A stretch of 64,000 bases of DNA. It comes from Nemertoderma westbladi. Taxonomy: Eukaryota; Animalia; Xenacoelomorpha. Each line of letters begins with the position of its first letter. Position 1 is the stretch's first letter. Below the pieces are notes generated by a model. That model worked only from the letters and a program-made list of their open reading frames with translations, made no database searches and was not told where the DNA came from. The DNA is taken from NCBI GenBank assembly GCA_032718475.1, contig JAUCBJ010007777.1, positions 38,986 through 102,985 on the forward strand, read 5' to 3'. Both the position numbers and the translations under genes were made by a program. Shown piece by piece: positions 1 to 12,990 of the stretch.

Positions 1-884
1 GAGGAATCTTCGTGTTGCCTCCGGAGTTGCGAGTTTCACGATCACCGATATCTTTACTGGTGCGTTGCCCAAAAGTTTTTACTTGTGGGGGTGTTGCTGC
101 ATCCATGAATTCTGCCTTTAAATTACTTATTTTACCAATTTTACCGTAAAAACTTTACTGTACCGACAGGTACACTAGCGCAATCCCGTTTATTGTATCA
201 GACCAGAATCCAAAGGCCCTCAATGCATGGAATCTCTGCGTAGTTGCAAAAGAGTCAAAATATATGAAATTGAGATTGAAAGAACATGTTTTACTAAAAG
301 CGCTAACAGGGGGTGCGGTGCGGTGTGGGGGGAGGAATTACACAAACATTTTCCCTTCTTGGAATGCATTCAGAATGGTGCACAAATAATAATGTGAAAT
401 ATCATGCAAATATTCAGGTGAATATAGCCGTATTAATATCACCATATTGTAGGGTCAGAGTAAAACGCGGATCCGGATCAGGATTCTATCATTTAACATG
501 TACGTGTAAATAGCAACAACGTGTAAATTTTTAGTGTGGCCTGCCTTACAGAGATATGAAACTTCGGGTTGTCTCCGGGGGTTTGTGTCTGACACGTTCA
601 TCAAACAATTTACTTTTCATCTGTTAAACTTCAACTAAAAACTAGCGGCCGATCATGTGATCGATATTATATGTATTGCTCACAAGAAGAATGGATCATT
701 AGTAATTGGTTTGAGTTATATATTTAAGGTGTATTTTAGCCGATCATCTAAAAAAATAGCTGGCCGATCATGTGATCGATATTATATGTATTGCTCACAA
801 GAAGAATGTATCATTAGTAATTGGTTTGAGTTATCTATTTAAGGTGTAATTTATCAATCCCCCCACCCCCCAAATAATACTCAC

Positions 885-1072
885 GCAGCTCCGTAAAGAA
901 CCTTCTTCTTCGTTAGACATAGTGGACACGCTACTAATACTGGTTGCAGACTCTCTGTATAAGACAGACTCATCGAACTGGTTGATTGGTAGAAGTAATG
1001 GTGGAGGTGGACTTTCGGAACCACTCAATGTGCTACTGTTACTACTCACTGGAGAATTCATACTCTTTTCAT
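885..1072 (-). other. Candidate coding exon of an unidentified minus-strand host gene (Ser/Pro-rich)
   Basis: On the minus strand, tttatAG precedes an open frame (DEKSMNSPVSSNSSTLSGSESPPPP...EEEGSLRSC) that ends at a GTGAGT donor. Other exon-like segments lie at about 1-116, 4575-4692 and 4787-4856. No recognisable domain. Confidence 0.3.
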
Positions 1073-2759
1073 CTATAAATATATTAATTTAATTAATTTA
1101 GAAAGGACTGAAAACTGAAAAATAGGAGCGATGCCTTAATTTTTTGTTGGGTTTGGAGGGTGTCTGGTGCACTGTGCGGTGGTACCACTTATTCTCATCT
1201 CTCACGATCCTGCATCCGTACCAGTGATAAACACATCTCCCCTGTCAACATTTTTTATCAAAACGCTTCTAAAATTTTAACAGGCATTATTCAACCTATA
1301 GTGACCAACTGGAAAAAAAAAATTTTCCAATATATTGCTATTTCCGCTTCGCGCATCACGTTATAAACTCTAATTTTAAAATGTGCGACATTTCCTCAAT
1401 TTTCATTAAAATTATCTAAAATTCGATATAGAGGACTACACAACACTTAAATCATACGTACAATGCATGGTGAGTTGGATACAATGCACTAACGCACTTA
1501 ACAAATGTGGCACCGCATACCGGTATATTTAAATTTCGTTGAAATATTGTGGCAAATTATTATGACAAATTATTGTGGCATATTATTGTCGAAACCCAAT
1601 GCTACCCTGCGCCTGCAGTCACGGCAAACAAATTGCCCCCACCGGCACCGATACGACGACAAAAAATTGCCCCCACCGGTACGACGACAACAAAATTGCC
1701 CCCACCTACACGACGACAAATTGCCAAAAAATATATAATAAAGATTAGATCTTTAGCCAGTTAGAGTATGTAGACAACTGTGGGAAGGGACACGAGATGT
1801 GAGACGCAGAGATGGGCTGTTAACAGGTGGGGATTGTTTATTATTAGTGTAATAAGAGTTTGTTTGTATCCATATATAGTTAAATTACGAGACACATGAC
1901 ATACATTGAATTTCCTAACTACAAATGTTATAAATAAAAACAATATGTTATACTTATAATATATGTTATTTGAAATAAGAACTATATATAAAGTACTATT
2001 TAATATTTTAACGCCACATACTGTATGTTCAAAGTTTTAGTGCGAAAAGTAGAGCATTTTAAAATAAAGGTCAAGTGCAAAAATACGTTAAAATAAATGG
2101 AGTAGATTAAAATAGTAACATCATTAAAATTGAAACATTATAATAATGTACAAGGGTCTAGTGTGATAAATATGTTAAAACGGGTTGTATAAAATGATAA
2201 CTGCTTGTATATAACAGTGTGTAAAAATAATAAATAAAATGTAAGAGCAATATGTACGAAAGCGTGTGTTAAAATAAAATAGTCTGTTCTGGCACAAGTA
2301 GAATTTGAAAACAATATGCTCAAAGACGGGTGTTAAATTAGAAATGCATGGTAAAATTTATTGTAACAATATATAAGGCTAGAGTACGAAAAAATATATT
2401 ATCGGTATACGTTTTGTTTAAAATACTGTGTTCGTTACAAAATTTATGTAACAATTATGTTATTTGAATAAATCGAATCAGTACAAGTGTAATTAAATTA
2501 AATAGGCTTATTATTACTTCATTAATTGTATACTGTCATGCGGTGAAGATCTACATTATGCTATTGTCATGGAATGTTTATTTAAATTACTTATGACACC
2601 GGGGATAGCCTTTTGATGCATAGCCTCATTTCCAAAAGGGTCCCCACAAGGATATTTCTTGGATGTTTAAGCATCAAGCAATAAATAAATAATAAAAATG
2701 AAGGCGGATATGAGAGTTTAAAATCAAATTCAAATTTAAACAGAAGAGGTACTGTAATT

Positions 2760-4260
2760 AAAACGTGAATGTGTTTTGGCCTCTTGAGTGTCAAACGAGA
2801 TAAATATAGTGCCTTAACCCGATGTTTGAAGGTTTCGAGAGTCTCTGATTTGGTGACTGAGGCAGGAAGGTCATCCCATAAGCGAGGGCCTTTAGCGGAA
2901 AAGGAACTTAGTCCATGAACTGAACGTTTAAATGGTACAATGGCCTTGACGTGAAGTCCATCTCTGTGCGAAACGCAATTTTCGCTAAAAGTTTATGTTC
3001 CACTTAGATACTTGGGTGATTGTGAGTACATGATTTTGTACATATTTGTCACGATCCCCTGATTCACCCTGTCCTCTACTGGTAACCAGTTTAATGTTAC
3101 AAAGTGGTCTGACCCGATGTGCTGGCGATTGGTGGGATTTAGGCAGAACCTGACGTATTTGCGCAGAAAGTCTTTGAGACGAAATCGCCAGTTCTGTGTG
3201 ATTGCGAAATACCACGTAATCGAAATGTGGCTGCATGAGCGCGCTGCACAGCAGCCGTCTAAGGTGTTTATCGAGAACATCAGCATGCCTGTACAGAAAC
3301 CGTAGTTTAGAATTCCCTTTTCTCTTTCTTTCACAGTTCTTGACAGCAATATCATAGTCACCAATAGAGACTCTTAGGTTATCGTTGACTTTTAGTCGCA
3401 GGTGGGTGCCAAATATAATTGACACAGTGTTCCCTAAATGTAAACTAAGTTGATTATCTATGAGCCAGGTGGAGATGTTCTTCATATTCCTTGTCAGAAT
3501 GTCTGAGATTACTGAAACTGATGAACCTCGGGTCATGACTCTCGTGTCGTCTGCTAACCTTGGGGTGGGGCAATCGGTTACCAAATCAATATCGTTGTTC
3601 TGACACAGAAAGAGAGGAGGTCCGAGTAATGATCCTTGAGGAAATCCATCTCTGGTCGAAGAATAGCAGTTGTCAATATATAAAAATTGTTTTCTATTCT
3701 TGTGGTATGAAGAAAACCAGCTGAGCGCCACTGGATCAAATCCTAAATGTTTGAGTTTCATAAGATGATACCGTGGTCGATGGTATCGAATGCCATTCTT
3801 AAGTCTATTATTACCATACCGGTCAATTCCATTGTTAATATCAGAACGTCATGTATATATGTGAGTAATGTTTGCGTAGAATACCCAAACCGGTACCGTA
3901 CCCAGACTGCATATCCCGATATAGGCTATTAGATATCATATAAAACATCATTTGATCATTAAGTACGTGTTCTAGAACTTTGAAGAGATCATCCTGTCAT
4001 TGACAGTAAAGCTAGTGGTCTATAATTCTCCACCATCAGCGTGGTTCGGTTGTTCCAATTTTGAAAGCTGGTATTAGCTTGGCTGTCTTGCTCGAATGCA
4101 GTCGGGAACAGGTTGATTGAGAGGTTTATAATGTGTGTCATTGGTTTTGCAAGGATATTTGCCCCCTATTTTCGTAATAGAGCTGTGATAACATCCAGTC
4201 CGGGACATTTGTCGGTGTCTGGGTGTGGTGGAGATTGTGTAAATTTTTTAATACATTTCC
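2760..4260 (-). pseudogene. Decayed non-LTR retrotransposon (L2/CR1-group) reverse transcriptase fragment
   Basis: Frameshifted ORFs carry RT motifs GFPQGSLLGPPLF and LADD, plus LCSALMQPHFDY and LNWLPVEDR. Many stops and indels. Confidence 0.85.
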
Positions 4261-5313
4261 TTCATTAGTTGCTTCAAGTTTGCTTCAAGATAGGCTAACG
4301 ATTAGCTGATTAGCCTACCTACTCGCTACTCCTACCGGTACTGTATTCTGGTGTCTGGTATTTAACTGCTGAACTATTTAATGATATCTGGATATCTGCT
4401 TCTGCTTCCGCGCAGTATTTGTAGATTTACAGATTTAGCTAACTACTGACTGACTGAACTAACAATAACCAGGGTGATAACATCTGTACATCGGCAATCA
4501 CCAGCCAGTAGGTCTACCCTACCCAGCTACCGGTCTGGTACCGACTTACCGATTGTTGAAACTGGTTGGCTAGGCTTGTTTACTTCACGAGAAATGTTTT
4601 TGGGAATAGAGGAATCTTTCAAAGCGCTATCCATATCGGATCCGTGATGAAAGCAGACGAGGAAGGATCACTGGATCACCTTCCAATCTTCTGTAGGCCT
4701 GCCATCCCAAAAACATGTACCGGTACTGGTACCGGTATTACCTGATTACAGTACGGCAGTATTATTAATCTAAATAATGCAGTTTACCAGTTTTGTCCTT
4801 GGTCCTACCACGTTCATGATCCATCTTTCCAGTGTCCATGCATCACAGCATCAGCCTGTCAACATCATGCTTTACCAGTTTACAGCTTAAGTCTGTAAGT
4901 GAACTAATAATCCGGTAGTAGGCTACTGCTGTACTGTACAGTTTGCTGTTGTAATGCAGTACCGGTAGTGCATAACGTGCTGCTGCTGCTACTGCTGCAC
5001 ACCCTGTCGGCTATGCCTGTATGCTGCACAATCAGACACCTAATACTGTAATATGCTGTATACAGTACCTGTCAGCATGTATATATATATTAATTCGCTC
5101 GGCCAATGGTTAAAATTGCACAATATGCACAAATTAAAAATTACAAGTAGTATGAGGGAGAAGACCAACTAGGCTACAAACAGCACTTACAGGAGGCTCG
5201 AAAATATTGTACGCGAGGCGTTCAACACATAAATAAGGTTTTCCAAATTAAAAAGTATATTGAAGTAAAAAGAGTAAATAAATAATTTAAATAAAAACGT
5301 ACCTAAAAGAAAT

Positions 5314-7760
5314 TACATAAATCTGTTAAAGTTGCACCATTTTAATAGGTCAAATTCACGTAATTTATTTGTAAAAGTTGCTAAGGTACGGGCCTCAACA
5401 ATATTTACAGGTAATGAATTCCATATGGGCACCACACGGTTTGAAAAAGAATACTTTGTTATTTGAAGTCTAGAGTAGTTTCAGTGCCGGATTAACCTTA
5501 AGGCATATAAGGCACGTGCCTTAGGGCCAGCGGAAAATACGGGCCATTTATTCTCAGAGAGTAATTACTTTGAAAAAAAATATTTTTATCTGAAAAGTCC
5601 ACATTTTTTCTCACTAAACTTTGTAGAGAACAGAGCAAGAAAGTGTATCTTTCGACTACTTTCTATCCCTAAATTTGTGATAGAAAGTGCAAAATTCTAG
5701 CTCAGTCGACCAACAGGTGCTGTGTTATTAGTTCGAGACCTGATGGCAGGAAAGTGCTAATTACTGAATTATGAACATTGGAAAATTTTACTTTATTTAT
5801 TCGTGGGGAATTACTTGTAGTTATGCTCTTAAACTTTCTAGAACAACCAAATAATAACGTGGTGACATGGAAATACTGTACATAGTAAATGTATGGCGTG
5901 GAGATATGGTAGTGCGAAATTCATTTTATTTACCAGAAATGAGTTTTATAAATATAGGCCCTAATAGATTAAAAAAAGGATCAATTAGTTGTAGATAAAA
6001 TAGTTGTTGATTAAAAAAAACGTGTCAGAAATAACTTCTTGTCACAAATTTAATTTAACCGAAATTCAGATGTTCTGCCCTCGTCTATTGAATTTTGCAT
6101 TCGATGGAATTTTAGGTGCAATTCGTCGTTAGCATTTGTCATTGAAACCTTAATTAAAATTGAATAATTTAATATTGAAAGATATAAAACCCACAAAACC
6201 CAGAGTTCATCATTTTCAACCAGAAATTTGACCACTAGTGTTCAAAGTTCCTGTCGCTATAATAGCTGATTTTCATAATGTCGGTTGTTTTTAGCAGCTT
6301 TTTTTTTGAAAGGGTCTGCGGAAAAAGATCAATTTTCGGGCCATTTTTGGAAATTACTAAAATGTGCCTTAGGGCCACCAGAGGCTTAATCCGGCACTGA
6401 GTAGTTTGTAAACAGTTTATGGCTGTGACCTCTAAGTCCAGAGCGTGGATCAATTTTAAAGAAACAGTCAAAATCAAGATCGACCAACTGTCTTTCAATT
6501 GAATATACCATCTTCAGATCAAAGATTAATCGTCGGACTTCTAGAGGTTGCAGCTTGAGGTACTCTGAACGTTGCAAGTAACTAGTATTGTGATTACCTA
6601 GATGACATCGGGCAAAAAGTCTTCTTGTGAAGTACCTTTGCACCCGTTCAATGAGGTCAATGCTACCTTTCTGGAACGGAGACCAGATCGGCGTACAATA
6701 TTCCAGCAAAGGTCTGACATACGATTTGTATGCAGTTAACAGAGCTTTCTGGTTGGATGTATAAAAACAACGAAAAATCATATTAATTATTTTAAAAGAT
6801 TTCACGGCTTGTTCTCGGCAATATTTATCGAACTTGAGATCCGAACAAACTGTATTACCATTTAAAAAATAACTAGTTTTACTATTATTTGCACCAATAT
6901 ATATTTACTGTACATTTATGGGCAGCAACCTTTAATTGCCACTCACTAGCCCACCACTCAAGAGACTCAAGAGCCGTCACTAGTAAGTGGCTATCAACGG
7001 TTGGTGCATACAATTTAACATCGTCGGCAAAGAGTTTACTTTTGCAAGTTCCTAGTACCTCCGGTAAATCATTGATAAAAAGTACAAATAATATAGGTCC
7101 TAACACGCTCCCCTGGATAGTTCCAGAACGGACTGAGCACACATCTGAAAAATAATTACCAACAAGTACTCGTTGGGTTCTGTTCGATAAAAAAGCCGTT
7201 AGCCAAGCTAAAAGATCACCAGTGATACCATAACTAGATAATTTACAAATAAGCTTAGAATGCACCACAGAATCAAACGCCTTTACAAAATCTATGTAAA
7301 TTATATCAATATTGTTCCGTTTATCTACTAAATTGTACCATTGTGTTACACATTCCAACAACTGAGTACAGGTTGACCTACGTTTTAAAAATCCGTGTTG
7401 TGCCCCTGTAATTATTTTATTAGTTAGTAAGTACTCGGTAAGTTCCAGCTTAATGCATGCTTCCATGATTTTGCATGTTACACAAGTAAGGGAAACTGGT
7501 CTATAATTGCACGGGTCGGATGGGTCACCCTTTTTAAATATTGGTATTATGTTGGCTGTTAACCAAATCGAAGGCAGAGCATGTGTTTCGAATGAAACTA
7601 TAAATAATGCAGCCAGTGGCGTTGCAAGGCAACGAGCTAGCTTCACAAATAAGATACTGGGTAACCCATCAGGTGTACGCCCAGTTTTACATGGTAAACG
7701 CCGTAAAATAGAAAACACCTTAGGTGCACTAAAATCCACCGTCGATTTATTTACATTAGT
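5314..7760 (-). mobile_element. 5'-truncated CR1-type LINE (RT plus C-terminal region), interrupted by a MITE
   Basis: ORF 6885-7739 has NYRPVSLT, QHGF, DFVKAFDSV, QGSVLGPILF and FADD. ORF 6386-6805 has YVRPLLEY, ERVQR and LRGH. Removing the MITE restores ...TNYSRLQITKYSFSNRVVPIWNSLP..., a typical CR1 C-terminus. Confidence 0.9.
5482..6399. mobile_element. hAT-type non-autonomous DNA transposon (MITE), 918 bp
   Basis: TIRs CAGTGCCGGATTAA...TTAATCCGGCACTG with an 8-bp TSD AGTAGTTT at 5474-5481 and 6400-6407. Confidence 0.9.
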
Positions 7761-8647
7761 AGGGACCTTGCGAGAAAATCAAGTCTCTAAGAAAGTGTTT
7801 AGACCTTACACGGACAAGTTTAAGAAGTAGAGACATAAGACTAGAACCTACGTTGGTAACCATGCAGCCATGGGGTAACGATGTGGGGCGAGACACGTAT
7901 GGCGAGCCATCAGCGAACTGATATAATTACACTAGGGCAGTTTTTCAAAAATCTGTGTGTGTGTGTGTCGGAAGCCATAAATGTCGGAAGCCATAATCGA
8001 AGTTAATATCTTCAGCTAAATTGTATGGTTGAGTCATTTTGAACGGTCTCTCCATGGAAATTAATTGTTTAGCACCATACGATTAAAGTTATTTTGCACA
8101 GAAATTAGATATCTGGAATCCATATGTACCCCATTCCATTATAGTTTTTTATTTTTTCAAGTGATTTGCGTTAATAAATATATTTTTAATAACATATAAT
8201 AATAATTGATTTAAACATAATTAACATTGTAAATTCATACGCTGATTCCATCCTCCCCCATAGAGCCTAAGGCACGGCAAGGGCAGCCGTGCCCAATAAT
8301 ATTTCTTGAAGTATTACATTAGTAACATTGCAAGCTAAAGTCTTTGACCAAGCCAGTGCCTAGGTTAGTACATACTGTATAAGGACATAGTAGTCCAGTA
8401 GAAGGAATAGTGCTCCTTCAATACATCTCAACAGACATTAATTCATTTGCCTGTGCCTACCAACGCGTGTTCCTTAACATAACATATATTCTTGATTTCC
8501 ATCACCTCTCACCACAATTATTATTAGTAATTAAAAGTTTCAATTCGGTTTGTCTTTCCGTTATCTGGTTATTCAGTTATTGCATTATTAATAAATAAAT
8601 GTTTTAAAATATATCTTACGAAATATGGTTAATCATTAAAACTTGTC

Positions 8648-9188
8648 GCTAACATTCTCGTTATGGGGGTTTTAAAGAGTGTTGATTACATTTCTGATGT
8701 CAGTTTTCACGTTTACATAAATCTAGTCTGTCTGTCTGTCGGTCTTTCTGTCAGTCAGTCTGTCAAAACATAAAAGATAATTCAAATTAACTAACATTCT
8801 CGCTATGGGGGTTTTAAGGGGTGCTGATTTCATTTCTGATGTCAGTTTTCAGGTTTACATAAATCTAGTCTGTCTGTTTATCGGTCTTTCTGTCAGTCAG
8901 TCAGTCTGTCAAAACTTAAAAAAGAATACAAACTAACTAACATTCTCGTTATGGGGTTTTAATGGGTGCTAATTTTATTTCAGATGTCAGTTTTCACGTT
9001 TAAAAAAAATCTAGTCTGTCTGGCTGTCGGTCTTTCTGTCAGTCAGTCTGTGAAAACTTAAGAAAGTATACTAACTAACCAACATTCTCGCTATGGGGGT
9101 TTTAAGGGTTGCTGAGTTCATTTTTGATGTCAGTTTACACGTTTACATAAATCTAGTCTGTCTGTCTGTCGGTCTCTCTGTCAGTCTG
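8648..9188. repeat. Tandem repeat, unit about 145 bp, about 4 copies, with TCTG/TCAG microsatellite tracts
   Basis: CTAACATTCTCG(C/T)TATGGGGGTTTTAA...GATGTCAGTTTTCACGTTTACATAAATCTAGTCTGTCTG recurs near 8649, 8791, 8937 and 9080. Confidence 0.85.
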
Positions 9189-9436
9189 AACTACTGTACT
9201 GTGGTTGGCATTACGCCATATACCTAACACTAATAATACAGTCTACAATACAGCCTATCTACAGTACAGAATGGATTTTTTGCCACGAAGAGCAATAAAT
9301 GTCATTAATACTATCCACCAGTATACCTAGACCAAGAGCCTTCCAATAAAACATGTATTCCAGCATGACGTGCACTGCACGTCTTCGTGCTGTCCATTGT
9401 GACGTGCAGTGGACGTCATAGGCTCTAAGGGGTTAA

Positions 9437-9810
9437 GCAACACAGTCCCTACTTCGCCCTGTCGACACCCCAGCCATTTTTCACTAATCCTTTTTTAGAG
9501 TTTTTTAATTTTTTCGGTATTGGTGAAAGTTCTACAACATTAGTAGATATGTTTTTTATGATAGCTAGTGTTTTTTTGCTAGCTAGTATTTTTTTAAATT
9601 ATAAAAAATGTGAAAGTCCATGATATTTCAGGTTAAACCTTTGAAGAATATATTAATGACCAAAATAATTTCCAAAAATTACTAGCTAGTAAAAAATACT
9701 AGCTATATACCATAAAAAATCTACTAAGTTTCTAGAACATTCACTAATATAAAAAAGCACTCAAAATCACAAAAAATAAAGGTTAAAAAACTCATTCGGG
9801 ACTCTTTTGC
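9437..9810. mobile_element. TTAA-flanked MITE (Kolobok-like), next to a piggyBac-like end
   Basis: TTAA|GCAACACAGTCCC...GGGACTCTTTTGC|TTAA (11/13 TIR match) with internal inverted segments. ...CTAAGGGG|TTAA lies immediately to the left. Confidence 0.55.
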
Positions 9811-10795
9811 TTAAGGAGTCAAAATTGTAGAAAAAATTCCCGAAGTTTGCGACGTTTGCGAAATTCGCGAAGAATCCGTCAGTTTCTGTGCCCTAATGGT
9901 TTCGTGACGAAACAATAAAATCTTACACACTTAACACACACGAACTAATTTAATGTGTGTATTAGTATGCCATGCCTGAATAATTAAATAGAAATTGAAT
10001 TAATGAACGCTATTTCAACATGAAATCTACGGAATCAATACACAACACACGCACACTACTGAATTCAAAAATTTATATAGATTGCAACTTATATTTGGCT
10101 ACCTTTTAATGGGTGACTAATTTAATTATTCACCCCTATATATTTGTAGCCTTTTTAATTTGTGCCTCTAATTGAATCAAACATTAAACTATGTCACAAT
10201 ATTGGTCTGTCGGTAGCTGGTCACTGATTCTCTCATAAATTTGTTAATTAGTCGCTGCTCAGTCATTGAACATTTGAACACGTGCTGCTCGAAGACCCCA
10301 CAACGTGTAATAAATTAAACTTTAGCTAATCACAAACAGAGCTGTTCAGTATTATGAGAATAAAGTAATTATGAATAGGCCTAGTACATTTTCATTCGAC
10401 GCTTATGCCTTATGGCTATCATCGCATGAATTTAATATTAGTTTTTTTTTATTGCTAATTAATAATAAATTATTGGGCAAATAGAGCATTATGCCCTATA
10501 TCCTGCCCTTACAATTACATGTTAGAAATATTGATTGACCTTGACTCCATGTTGAGATGATCTGCTACCCACACTGATCGAATACCAACCAGGAACACGC
10601 CAACACAGCTCCAACTCCATCCACTGGACTTTGCACACTTAGTAAACGCAATAATTTTTATTGTCCGTTTAAATCCTTTTTTTGTCCTTTTTTTTTATTT
10701 TTTATGTCCTCCAAAAGTCTAACGTTAGGTTCCATGCTACCGGTTTCTCTACTCCTGTTCTCTCAGGCTATCAGTACCGGTATTCGTATATATAG

Positions 10796-12061
10796 TGTAA
10801 AAGCTTCTGTGGGATCTAGCTGGCCCTTTTGCTTTGCGGTCCGAGTTCCCCCCAGGCGCTGGAATACTCTAAAAGGGCTTTCTAACTATATATATATTCC
10901 CCTCGCCCGCAAGGTACCGTAATAGGTGTTTTAACGGACATAAAAGTCATTCTTCTAGATACGTGCTTTGGAGGACATGGTAAGGCAAAAAACCCGCAAT
11001 ACGGCAAATACTTTTACACAGCCTAGCCGTGATGATTCATATTACGACATCTAACAGCTGGTTGCTGACATGGAAACGGCCATTGGACACATGGTTCTTT
11101 GTTTAGCTTGAGCCAATCAGAGCGATTTTTTCTGTCGATGTGGAGATATTCGGCCGATCATGCTAGAGTGTTCAGTCTTACTGTTTTTTATGATACTGTT
11201 GTGTTGTTGGTATCTAGGCCAGGAACACCGGCTCTAGAGTTAATTCGTTTCATACTTTTAGAAGAAACATTAGTAGGCTTAAGATTATAGAGCGTATAAC
11301 TGTTATCAGTTCATATCATACCAGTTCAACTCATAGCGACTCAATCGGCACATACTGTTTTGTTATCTTAACCTACCGTCTTAATGCTGTTTACTGTTGT
11401 GTTTTAGTTGAATATTATTTGGAGAACATTTATAAAGAACCCAAATTTCCCAATTTTCTTGATACACTACAGGTTAGAGAGACGGGTTATATATAGCGAT
11501 TGCGACTTATATTATTGTGTATGTAGTGAATTTAATGCTATTTGATAAGCACTACATTGGTCCGTTGCTGTTCTCTCTATATATGATAAAATTCATTGAC
11601 GGTCGGCAAATTAGTGAGCAGTATTGTGTGTTACCGGTAGTGTGCATGATTGTGACTGATAACTAAGCATTTCCTAAAGAATGCGCCTCATACGTGAATC
11701 ATAAGCCTTACCGACTTACCGTTGTGATTAGTATAAGTCATATCTCCGTTTACCTAGATAGAGCGCCACGTCCTAAAGGAACTGTTAATATTTCCCGAAA
11801 GTGAATAATATTAGTCAGAAATTATTTATTAACGATCAATCGAATAATACAGTAGGCTTCACTGCAATAATAATCTAAGCCCTAAGAATCCAGCCCCCCG
11901 GGTATATCCAGCGGGTGAATGGATGCGCACTAGGCTGGCTTCTGCTAATGTTGTGTTTATTGGTATTAAATATTTGTCATCTTCTAAAGTATATTTATAA
12001 ACCAAAAGACATATAAATTTTGGCAGGTTAAACTGCTAAAGGTCTTCCAAAAGCGCGTACA
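10796..12061 (+). repeat. 5' LTR (TGTA...TACA)
   Basis: Direct repeat of 27736-29001 (offset 16940) with canonical TG...CA ends. Confidence 0.95.
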
Positions 12062-12126
12062 ATAACAGTTATTGACTTTATTGCAGTAAACAATAAAGTT
12101 GAAAGTACCGGCCGACCGGTAAACCT

Positions 12127-12253
12127 GAACCGGTACTTCTGTAGGTCAGTAGGCCCAACTGCCAGAACCGGCACTGCTGTAGGTCCGTAGGTCCAACTGC
12201 CAGAACCGGTACTTCTGTAGGTCCGTAGGCCCAACTGTCCTAACCGGTACTTC
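12127..12253 (+). repeat. 38-bp tandem repeat (about 3.3 copies) in the retrotransposon leader
   Basis: GAACCGGTACTTCTGTAGGTC(A/C)GTAGG(C/T)CCAACTGCCA repeated. Confidence 0.85.
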
Positions 12254-12414
12254 CAGTATAAGTACATTAGTATTATTCGATTTGATTATTGCATACCGGT
12301 AGGCTGTTTAAGAGATTAGGGACTGTACACCCCTTGTTTCTTTTGGAGCTTACTTATTTCTGTCAGTTTTATTTCCTAGTAAGTTAATATTGAGCTGAAG
12401 ACGTGTAAGTCTGC

Positions 12415-12990
12415 TCAGATTGTACAGATAATTGTAGGCCGGACTGTTGTCGGATTGTTGTTGGGTTTGGAGAGATTACGGCGTGTGTAGAGTTTGTCCG
12501 ATAGAGTGCCGTTAGTAAGTTGGGGCAGCCATAGCTGTAAGGTCAATCCCCTCTTAAAGAATAAGTCGTACTACCGTGTTAGAACGCATACTAACTAACC
12601 GTTTTGGAATCTGCACATACTGTAGTTTATTTAGGCTTGACAGTATTCTGCCAGCGTTTTGGCCTGTGTTTGTTTGTGTGGTCTGTTCAGGTACCGTAAT
12701 AGTTATTACTCAGATATTTGTAGGCTGGATTGTTGTCTAGCTATTATTAGGTCTGAAGAGATTGCTGCGTGTGTAGAGTTTGTCTGATAAAGTGCCGTTA
12801 GTAAGTTGGGGCAGCCATAGCTGTAAGGTCAATCCCCTCTTAAAGAATAAGTCGTACTACCGTGTTAGAACGCATACTAACTAACCATTTCAGAATCTAC
12901 ACGTACGGTAGTTTATTTAGGCTTGGTGGTAGTCTGCCAGCGTTTTGGTTTGTATTTGTTTGAGTATTCTGTACGGGTAGCGTAATATTT
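12415..12990 (+). repeat. Tandem duplication (unit about 286 bp) in the retrotransposon leader
   Basis: The block GCGTGTGTAGAGTTTGTC...AAGAATAAGTCGTACTACCGTGTTAGAACGCATACTAACTAACC starts at 12481 and again at 12767. Confidence 0.9.

Noticed and set aside
1505-1764. Pro/Arg-rich ORFs
   Set aside because: They derive from short AAATTGCCCCCACC repeats typical of a MITE end.
11099-11290. Identical 63-aa ORFs at 11099 and 28039
   Set aside because: They are a by-product of the LTR duplication, with a non-ATG start and no coding signature.
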